Source: a virus. Taken from it: DNA of 16,983 nucleotides. Location of the stretch: positions 1 through 16,983 of IMG/VR virus record IMGVR_UViG_3300045988_117943; one strand, written 5' to 3'. This document shows, piece after piece, positions 1-5,835 of the stretch. The notes beneath the pieces are model-generated. The model was given only the letters and a program-made list of their open reading frames with translations. It had not been told where the DNA came from and made no database searches. The position numbers were made by a program, and so were the translations under genes. Position 1 is the first letter of the stretch. The number at the start of each line of letters is the position of its first letter.

Positions 1-242
1 ATTGCCCCGCAATCTCTCCCCACAAGAAAAGGCCGGTCAAGCTACTCACCATAACTCAACCGACCTCACTGTCACTCACGTGACCTCACGTCACATCACA
101 GTACCTTACCGCACTGTCCTGTACTTGCCAACCACCGTGCCATGAAGTGGTCAGCGAAAGGGAGGGGGAATGAAAAGAAATACCTACTCATTACATAAAT
201 AGTATAGCATAAATAGACGGGAATGGCAAGTTAGAATTTTGA
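1..242. repeat. Left inverted terminal repeat (242 bp)
   Basis: By hand comparison, the reverse complement of 16742..16983 equals 1..242 base for base. The first mismatch is 243 vs 16741. The outer ~180 bp are about 53% G+C by hand count (95/180), against a visibly AT-rich genome body. Confidence 0.97.
201..229 (-). promoter_or_regulatory. Outward-facing (leftward) extended -10 promoter inside the left ITR, mirror copy of 16755..16783
   Basis: The minus strand reads TTGCCA (229-224), a 17-nt spacer, then TGcTATACT (-10 hexamer 206-201). It points toward the genome end. Confidence 0.4.
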
Positions 243-262
243 GATAATGTTTAATAAAAGTG

Positions 263-291
263 TTGACAATAATGCATAGTTGAACTATAAT
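263..291 (+). promoter_or_regulatory. Early promoter, exact sigma-A consensus
   Basis: TTGACA (263-268), 17 nt, TATAAT (286-291). It sits just inside the ITR boundary and points into the early genes. Confidence 0.75.
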
Positions 292-456
292 ATAATTGTA
301 AAAAGAAAGAGGTAATGAAAAATGAAAGGATGAAAAATAAAATGAAAAGAATGATAAAAATAGGTGGTAACTGGTATTCGCAAAATGATTTAGAATTTTT
401 ATTACGTTTATTGAATCAACAGGAATCATAGAATTTCTAAGAAAGATGAATGAACT

Positions 457-1038
457 ATGAATAAATGGATTGAAGTTTATATGCAAGAACATGATTTGAA
501 GCCGAATGAGCATTTCAAAATTATTTCCGAGCAAGATAATCATGAATATTATTTTAGCGAAAACGGTCAACTATGTAGATGCTCAAATACTGGATATAAC
601 TATGTAAACTATAAACTTTGGGGCAAAGTCATGTCAGGAGTTGTAATCGAAAAAGTAAAACCAAAAGGAAGATATATACCGAAGAAAGGGGAACTTTATT
701 TTTTTGTTGGTATGTACGGAGGAATTATCGCAAATGTATATGATTCTGAACAAGATGAATTTGTAATCAAACATAATTTAGTATTCAGAACTGAAGAAGA
801 AGCCGAAGATTACAAGTGGTTTTTAGATCAAGTAGATAAGTATAAAAAAGAGTTTGTTACTAGGCAACCTAATTATAGATTATGTTTTGATTTTGAATAT
901 AACAAATTATTCTTGACTAAAAATGATCGCATTAAACACCATAAAGATTATTTTGGAAATATAGGAAACATTAAAGAATTCTGTGAAGTCGTAGGTGATG
1001 ATCGTATTAAGAAGTATATGTTTGGAGTGTATGAATAA
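457..1038 (+). CDS. Hypothetical early protein (193 aa)
   Basis: First long ORF downstream of the consensus promoter. ATG start with a weak SD (AAGAAAG). No recognisable motif. Confidence 0.75.
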   Translation: MNKWIEVYMQEHDLKPNEHFKIISEQDNHEYYFSENGQLCRCSNTGYNYVNYKLWGKVMSGVVIEKVKPKGRYIPKKGELYFFVGMYGGIIANVYDSEQDEFVIKHNLVFRTEEEAEDYKWFLDQVDKYKKEFVTRQPNYRLCFDFEYNKLFLTKNDRIKHHKDYFGNIGNIKEFCEVVGDDRIKKYMFGVYE

Positions 1039-1208
1039 TGGCTATGGATATCAGAACAGTTAAACAAGCATATGATCAACAGAATAAAGCGTATGATTTA
1101 GGAATGTTTTGTATAAAGTACAGAATTGAAAAAAGCGACTTACAAAACATTGCACATGAAAAGTTAATGGCAGATGAAAAAGAAATATGTTGTTTATACA
1201 CTTCTTAG
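1038..1208 (+). CDS. Hypothetical small early protein (56 aa, MAMDIRTVKQAYDQQNKAYD...)
   Basis: Read by hand; it is below the track cutoff. Its ATG overlaps the upstream stop (TAATG), which suggests translational coupling. Confidence 0.4.
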   Translation: MAMDIRTVKQAYDQQNKAYDLGMFCIKYRIEKSDLQNIAHEKLMADEKEICCLYTS

Positions 1209-1341
1209 TTATACTGATGATTATGGATGTTTACAGTATAATAAGCATAAGGTAGGAGAGTATGAAGATGAAGAAGACGCAATCATAAGGGCATATGAAA
1301 TTAGACATATGGGATATAACGTTAAGATCGAGGAAGAATAA
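1174..1341 (+). CDS. Hypothetical small early protein (55 aa, MKKKYVVYTLLSYTDDYGCLQYNKHKVGEYEDEEDAIIRAYEIRHMGYNVKIEEE)
   Basis: Read by hand. It overlaps the previous ORF by 35 nt in the +1 frame and ends 12 nt before the next ATG. The SD is weak. It could be the 3' half of a single gene split by a frameshift. Confidence 0.35.
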   Translation: MKKKYVVYTLLSYTDDYGCLQYNKHKVGEYEDEEDAIIRAYEIRHMGYNVKIEEE

Positions 1342-1353
1342 GAGGAAAATAAA

Positions 1354-1650
1354 ATGGCTGGAAAAATTATGTGTTTAAGAGCAAAAAATGATGATGACAG
1401 AATCAATGCTAGAGTATGGGCAGAAAAGTTTATTGAGTATTTACAGGAAGTCAAATACAAATACCCTAGATTACATGTAAACGAGGTACATTCATTTAAA
1501 GTTTATTGCATGTACAGTAATAAAGGAAATCTAAAAGGTTTTGTTTTATACAAAACAGGTTCAAGCGCTATCTTAGGCTCGTTGGATGTATTTGGTGTAA
1601 CACATTTATTTTACTTGCGGAAAGAACTAGAAAGTGTGTGTTTAAAATGA
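1354..1650 (+). CDS. Hypothetical early protein (98 aa)
   Basis: ORF preceded by SD AGAGGA with 7-nt spacing. No recognisable motif. Confidence 0.7.
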   Translation: MAGKIMCLRAKNDDDRINARVWAEKFIEYLQEVKYKYPRLHVNEVHSFKVYCMYSNKGNLKGFVLYKTGSSAILGSLDVFGVTHLFYLRKELESVCLK

Positions 1651-1808
1651 AAAACTTGAAAGAAAATATCTATCTGTTATGGCTTGCCTTTTGTAAGTTA
1701 GTTCTAATTGCTTTTGTGGGAATTACATTCCTATTAGGACTCATGGTCATCTGGTGCTGGATTGGAAATACGATTGATTGGACAATGTTGCCGAGATTGG
1801 GTGGTTAA
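1647..1808 (+). CDS. Small hydrophobic membrane protein (53 aa, MKNLKENIYLLWLAFCKLVLIAFVGITFLLGLMVIWCWIGNTIDWTMLPRLGG)
   Basis: Read by hand. ATGA start/stop overlap with the upstream gene. The hydrophobic core is about 30 residues. Confidence 0.5.
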   Translation: MKNLKENIYLLWLAFCKLVLIAFVGITFLLGLMVIWCWIGNTIDWTMLPRLGG

Positions 1809-1809
1809 T

Positions 1810-2046
1810 ATGTATTTTACAGAAGAATATATACAGGATGTTTTACAATATGAATTGAAAATACGTGGTTATAAACGTATTAAATTTAAAAAGAAGAACA
1901 ATACCTTAGAAGTTAAAGTGGACGGATTCACAAGTTATGTATATAATTTGAATCTATTAAACCCGCTGGACGAAATGAAAGATATACTAATGAGCGTTTT
2001 GCGACAGTTAGAGTTGGATAAAATCAAAAGGGGTGGTACAATGTAA
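1810..2046 (+). CDS. Hypothetical early protein (78 aa), directly upstream of the SSB
   Basis: The track ORF opens at 1762, but the internal ATG at 1810 follows SD GGGTGG and starts 2 nt after the upstream stop. The protein is lysine-rich and has no recognised motif. Confidence 0.6.
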   Translation: MYFTEEYIQDVLQYELKIRGYKRIKFKKKNNTLEVKVDGFTSYVYNLNLLNPLDEMKDILMSVLRQLELDKIKRGGTM

Positions 2047-2053
2047 AATACAA

Positions 2054-2081
2054 AAACGATCGTTTAAAATGATGTTATATT
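2054..2081 (+). promoter_or_regulatory. 12-bp perfect palindrome (AAACGATCGTTT, 2054-2065) next to a candidate extended -10 promoter (TGtTATATT, 2073-2081)
   Basis: Both elements were read directly in the 81-bp gap upstream of the SSB gene. There is no good -35 box. The palindrome lies where a -35 box would be. Confidence 0.3.
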
Positions 2082-2127
2082 GCTTAGGTTTGCTCAAAAT
2101 TGAATAACATAGAAAAGAGGTAAAATT

Positions 2128-2514
2128 ATGAATGAAGTTATGGAAACAAAAGGAACAAATTTGATGAATGTTAAGGAAAGCGATAAAGTCAAACTGTTTA
2201 ACGCTTTGAACAATGCTGAAGCAAGTCTTTCCGATATGGTAGGACAAGCGATTCCAATTATTGGTTATTTCGTACAGGAAAAAGAAGATTTGAACGAAAA
2301 AACAGGAGAAATCAAAGTTCGTAAAATCATTACAGTGATTGACGATTCGGGAAAAGCTTATGCTACAAACTCAAACAGTTTTATCGACGCTATGAATTTA
2401 GCAAAACAGGTGTTTACGTATGATTGGAATGAAAAACCGCTTGTAATCACACCGATTCAAAAGAAATCCTTTAGTTCAAACAATAAATATTTGACATTTG
2501 TTGTTAATGAATAA
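2128..2514 (+). CDS. Single-stranded DNA-binding protein, phi29 p5-like (128 aa)
   Basis: Strong SD (AAGAGG, 7 nt) and its own terminator. The size matches p5 (~124 aa). Segments align with my recollection of phi29 p5: VKLFNAL vs IKIFNAQ, ITVIDDSGKAYATNSNSFIDAMNL vs TTIFAADGSLYSAISKTVAEAASDL, and KYLTFVV vs VFFSLQL. It sits immediately upstream of TP and DNAP, as in phi29. Confidence 0.6.
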   Translation: MNEVMETKGTNLMNVKESDKVKLFNALNNAEASLSDMVGQAIPIIGYFVQEKEDLNEKTGEIKVRKIITVIDDSGKAYATNSNSFIDAMNLAKQVFTYDWNEKPLVITPIQKKSFSSNNKYLTFVVNE

Positions 2515-2521
2515 TTTTGAT

Positions 2522-2551
2522 AGGGTGTCAATAATGACACCCTTTCTTTTT
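2522..2551 (+). terminator. Rho-independent terminator after the SSB gene
   Basis: A 9-bp stem, AGGGTGTCA (2522-2530) with TGACACCCT (2535-2543), a 4-nt loop, then TTCTTTTTT. Confidence 0.8.
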
Positions 2552-2574
2552 AGGCGTTGAAAGGATGTGTGAAA

Positions 2575-3348
2575 ATGGCAATAAGAAGAAGTTACAAAGA
2601 CCAAGTGGCATTTAGAAATTTAAATGCCAGTATTAAAAGAACCGTAACAAAAGCAAAAAATATGGGTGTTGATATTGAATTTACTACACGAAATTACATG
2701 AGTTTTCGTACCCGTGAAGAACTAAATAAATATAAAAGACAGGCAGAACGATTTATTTTAAATAATCAATATTACAAAAATGACAGAAACGTAGTTTTCA
2801 ACAGAAAAGATATACGTATGGCAAATAAATTGATTGACAAACAGAACAGACAAAAACGAAAGTTAGCAAACAAAATAGGTGACTTGCCACAGACGGTGGG
2901 CGGTATTGCACAAGATATCACAGTTAGACGAGCGACAGGGTTAGTTTTAGATGATAAAAGTTCTTTATTTACAGACATAAAACACGTAAACATTGACAGT
3001 TATTCTTCTAAAAAACAGTTGGAAGATAGAATCAAAACACTAAAAAGAAATACAAAAAATCCAATGAAAAAGCAAGAATTGTTACAGAACAATTATATTA
3101 AAGCCTTAAGAAAACAAAAGAAAAAAGGCAATTTGACGTCAAAGCAGTTTCGAGAAATGTCGAAAAACATAAAGGGTATGAGCGTTTCTCAATTCACAAC
3201 GTGGTTTTATCAAGAGCAATCAAGTTTGGATACTTTCAGATATGAAGAACTAGGAATTGGAGATAATAATAAAACCTTAGAATTACGTCAAATACAAACG
3301 TCACTAAATAAATTTAAGAATCAAAATGGCAAGAAAAAGAAAAAATGA
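2575..3348 (+). CDS. Terminal protein (protein primer for DNA replication), phi29 p3-like (257 aa from ATG 2575)
   Basis: The ORF opens at TTG 2557, but ATG 2575 has SD AAAGGA 10 nt upstream. The protein is basic, ~260 aa, and overlaps the DNAP start. The N-terminal third aligns with my recollection of phi29 TP: K.K..RT..K..GVD.....SF.TR...NK.K.QA..F. Confidence 0.8.
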   Translation: MAIRRSYKDQVAFRNLNASIKRTVTKAKNMGVDIEFTTRNYMSFRTREELNKYKRQAERFILNNQYYKNDRNVVFNRKDIRMANKLIDKQNRQKRKLANKIGDLPQTVGGIAQDITVRRATGLVLDDKSSLFTDIKHVNIDSYSSKKQLEDRIKTLKRNTKNPMKKQELLQNNYIKALRKQKKKGNLTSKQFREMSKNIKGMSVSQFTTWFYQEQSSLDTFRYEELGIGDNNKTLELRQIQTSLNKFKNQNGKKKKK

Positions 3349-5146
3349 AGTTTGGAGTTGTGACTTTGAAACTACAACAGACCCGAACGACTGTCGGGTC
3401 TGGGCATGGGGAGCAAGTAATGTATTTGATGTTGATAAGAAATTCTACGGAAACACAATGAAAAGTTTTGTCGATTGGATTTCCAATCAGAATAAAAAGC
3501 TATATTTTCATAATTTAGCCTTTGACGGGGAATTCATTGTATCGTGGCTTTTATCCAATGGATTTGAATATACAGACAGACCAAAAACAAACAGTTTTAA
3601 AACTATCATATCTAAACAGGGGCTTTGGTATTGCATAGAAATCTATTGGAGTGTAAAGGGAAAGCACACAACAAAAACAGTGATTTGGGATAGTTTGAAA
3701 TTGATACCGTTTAGCGTGGAGCAGATTGCGATTGACTTTAAATTACCAATACGAAAATTGAAAATCGATTATGACGAGTACAGGGAAATTGGTCATGAAC
3801 TCACAATAGAAGAAAAAGACTATCTCTTCAATGATATCGACATTATAGCTATGGCATTGCAACAGTGCTTTAATGAGGGTTTTGATAAAATGACCGCAAC
3901 CGCAAGCAGTTTTAAAGCCTTTAAAGAAACACTGCCGGATGACTTTGAAAAAATATTTCCTGTCATTTCAATAGAAACGGATAAAGATATAAGGCCTAGT
4001 TATATGGGTGGATTTGTTTGGGCAAACGAACGATTTAAAGAAAAAGTAATAAATGAGGGCATTGTGTTTGACGTAAATAGTCTATATCCTAGCCGGATGT
4101 ATACAGAACTCTTGCCCTATGGTGCGCCTGTATTTTTTACAGGAGATCCACAAAAAACAGAATTGTACCCGTTATGGATTTGTAAAGTTTCCTTTGGCTT
4201 TGAATTAAAAGAAGAACACATAGAGTGTATCAGTTTAGACCGGTTTAGCATTATGTTTGGAAGCAAAAAATACGTGAAGTCAAGTGACGGTGATGTTGTG
4301 ACTATGGTATTGACTAACGTGGATTGGGAACTCATAAATGAACAGTATGATGTGTATGATGTGAATTGGTACAGTGGCTATAAATTTAAAGGTGTTGTGG
4401 GAATTGCCAACAAATTTATTGACGAGTGCATGGAAGTAAAAAAGAAAGAGCATGGAGTGAAACGGTTTATCGCTAAAAGAAAAATGAATAGTGTCTATGG
4501 TAAGTTTGCAACCAACCCCGATGTTACACCTAAAATACCGTATTTGGATGATAGCGGAGTTCTAAAAACAAAAATACCGACCTATACCACTTACGAAAAT
4601 GGAAGAGTGCAGGAAGTCGAAGACAAACAGGAACGTGACCCTATTTACTTGCCCTATGGTGCGTTTGTTACTGCCTATGCTAGAAAGTACACAATAAGCA
4701 CCGCACAAAAAGTAGGTATTGACAGGGTGGCTTATATCGATACGGATTCTATACACCTTATAGGAACAGAAACACCGAAAGCGATTGAGGATATTATTGA
4801 CGATAAAGAACTAGGCTATTGGGGTCTTGAAAGTGTATTTAAAAGAGCTTACTTTATCGGGGCGAAAGCCTATATTGAAGAAATTGAAATCAGCTATAAA
4901 GATTACAGTGACCACCAAAAAGAATATATTTTTGACCACGATAAAAAAGACAATCTATATTATATGCGTGACGGGGTTTGCTATCGGTTAAACGTAAAAT
5001 GCGCCGGCATGACAGAAAAAGCGAAACAGAATATAACCTTTAATAATTTCCGAGTTGGCAATGAAGTGCCCGACTGTTTGAAAAAAGCACACGTGAAAGG
5101 GGGTGTTGTATTATATGACAGAAAATTCAAAATCAAACGAAGATAA
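3326..5146 (+). CDS. Family-B protein-primed DNA polymerase (606 aa)
   Basis: Exo I is SCDFETTT, Exo II is HNLAFDGEF, Exo III is YLFNDIDI. Motif A is DVNSLYPS, motif B is KRKMNSVYGKFA, motif C is YIDTDSIH, and KxY is GAKAY. The N-terminus MARKRKNEVWSCDFETTT resembles that of phi29 DNAP. Confidence 0.97.
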   Translation: MARKRKNEVWSCDFETTTDPNDCRVWAWGASNVFDVDKKFYGNTMKSFVDWISNQNKKLYFHNLAFDGEFIVSWLLSNGFEYTDRPKTNSFKTIISKQGLWYCIEIYWSVKGKHTTKTVIWDSLKLIPFSVEQIAIDFKLPIRKLKIDYDEYREIGHELTIEEKDYLFNDIDIIAMALQQCFNEGFDKMTATASSFKAFKETLPDDFEKIFPVISIETDKDIRPSYMGGFVWANERFKEKVINEGIVFDVNSLYPSRMYTELLPYGAPVFFTGDPQKTELYPLWICKVSFGFELKEEHIECISLDRFSIMFGSKKYVKSSDGDVVTMVLTNVDWELINEQYDVYDVNWYSGYKFKGVVGIANKFIDECMEVKKKEHGVKRFIAKRKMNSVYGKFATNPDVTPKIPYLDDSGVLKTKIPTYTTYENGRVQEVEDKQERDPIYLPYGAFVTAYARKYTISTAQKVGIDRVAYIDTDSIHLIGTETPKAIEDIIDDKELGYWGLESVFKRAYFIGAKAYIEEIEISYKDYSDHQKEYIFDHDKKDNLYYMRDGVCYRLNVKCAGMTEKAKQNITFNNFRVGNEVPDCLKKAHVKGGVVLYDRKFKIKRR

Positions 5147-5327
5147 AAAGAAGAATTATGATTATATTAACAGACATCATAAAAGCAAGTATGAACGATT
5201 TACTGTTTTTGTACCGAAAAAAGAAAAAGCAGTTCGATTGTTTTTGAATACGAAACGAAGAAACAAACAATTAAAAGATTGGGTATGTGAAAAAGCGTTT
5301 GAGGATATTGAAAAAGAATTAAAATAG
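5115..5327 (+). CDS. Small basic protein, possible ribbon-helix-helix (Arc/CopG-like) DNA-binding regulator (70 aa)
   Basis: ATG 5115 follows a strong SD (AAAGGGGGTG). The pattern KKNYDYINRHHKSKYERFTVFVPKKEKAVRLFL resembles RHH proteins: a basic N-terminus, a beta-strand (RFTVFVP), then helices. This is pattern recognition only. Confidence 0.6.
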   Translation: MTENSKSNEDKKKNYDYINRHHKSKYERFTVFVPKKEKAVRLFLNTKRRNKQLKDWVCEKAFEDIEKELK

Positions 5328-5335
5328 TTTATAAT
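5308..5335 (+). promoter_or_regulatory. Near-consensus sigma-A promoter driving the intergenic RNA
   Basis: TTGAAA (5308-5313), 16 nt, TATAAT (5330-5335). It overlaps the end of the upstream CDS. The predicted start is about 5342. Confidence 0.6.
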
Positions 5336-5341
5336 AAAGAT

Positions 5342-5497
5342 ACAAGGTACATAAATGAAGTCTGTCTTTCGTTGGTGGGGTTCATTAGGCGTAAAATCCT
5401 CCTACCCGATTTAGAAGTAATGAATCTAGTATGACAGTTTATGCTACTTTGGCCATTTGATTTTAGAAAAAAGACGTTAAAAACGTCTTTTTTCTTT
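5342..5497 (+). ncRNA. Candidate structured ncRNA (~155 nt), pRNA-like three-way junction followed by a terminator hairpin
   Basis: A promoter-to-terminator unit with no SD-led ORF. Hand fold: helix A pairs 5343-5366 with 5433-5451 (18 bp, with a 6-nt and a 1-nt bulge). Hairpin 1 pairs 5374-5380 with 5400-5406 around a 19-nt loop. Hairpin 2 pairs 5411-5415 with 5425-5429 around a 9-nt loop. The two loops carry 7 nt of perfect complementarity: UUCAUUA (5381-5387) and UAAUGAA (5418-5424). Confidence 0.55.
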
Positions 5498-5498
5498 T
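5467..5498 (+). terminator. Rho-independent terminator ending the ncRNA unit
   Basis: AAAAAAGACGTT (5467-5478) and AACGTCTTTTTT (5482-5493) are perfect inverted repeats, followed by a T-rich tract. Confidence 0.8.
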
Positions 5499-5513
5499 CT
5501 TTGACTTAAAATA

Positions 5514-5522
5514 TGCTATTAT
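5514..5522 (+). promoter_or_regulatory. Candidate late promoter, extended -10 type (TGcTATTAT)
   Basis: The extended -10 box lies about 24 nt upstream of the scaffold ATG. The nearby TTGACT (5501-5506) is too close (13 nt) to TATAAT (5520-5525) to act as a normal -35. Confidence 0.35.
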
Positions 5523-5545
5523 AATAATAGGAAAGGTGTGATGAT

Positions 5546-5821
5546 ATGGAACGGGCGCAAATGGAACAACAGTTGTCACAGATTTTGGAGACCGACGACA
5601 GAGCAGAACGTTCTACAATGTTGGATGAAGTGCGAACAGAAACCAATGCATTATATGAACGGATTGACGAGCTTTCGAGCCAAGTTTCTAATTTACAAGA
5701 GCGAAATGGTTCGTTAGTTGAGGCAAACTCAAAATTGTTTATGCGTTTGGGTGTAGAGAATAAACCCGAACAAAAATCTGAAAGTAAAGGCTTAGATATT
5801 TCAAAAATGTTAAAAGATTAA
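5546..5821 (+). CDS. Scaffolding protein, phi29 gp7-like (91 aa)
   Basis: Acidic, heptad-rich helical protein of about 90 aa immediately upstream of the major capsid gene. SD GAAAGGTG. Confidence 0.6.
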   Translation: MERAQMEQQLSQILETDDRAERSTMLDEVRTETNALYERIDELSSQVSNLQERNGSLVEANSKLFMRLGVENKPEQKSESKGLDISKMLKD

Positions 5822-5835
5822 AGGAGTGATTAAAC

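Noticed and set aside
184-570. 128-aa minus-strand ORF spanning the ITR edge and the early promoter region
   Set aside because: The translation is low-complexity and Phe/Ile/Leu/Asn-rich, as expected from reading AT-rich non-coding DNA. It has no SD, runs against the consensus early promoter, and overlaps the first + strand gene.
5374-5406. GGTGGGGTTCATTAGG... considered as a tRNA T-arm or tRNA-like element
   Set aside because: No cloverleaf can be drawn. There is no acceptor stem, no anticodon arm, and no GTTCGAATC-type T-loop. The element fits better as one hairpin of the three-way junction.
5355-5414. 19-codon ORF (MKSVFRWWGSLGVKSSYPI) inside the intergenic RNA
   Set aside because: It has only a weak AAGG upstream, and the region has much stronger RNA-structure signals. 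It is kept as the alternative hypothesis in the ncRNA finding.
5541-5726. Alternative-frame ORF starting at ATG 5541, overlapping the scaffold gene
   Set aside because: The 5546 frame gives a coherent acidic coiled-coil protein typical of scaffolds. The 5541 frame is Trp/Cys/Arg-rich and implausible.
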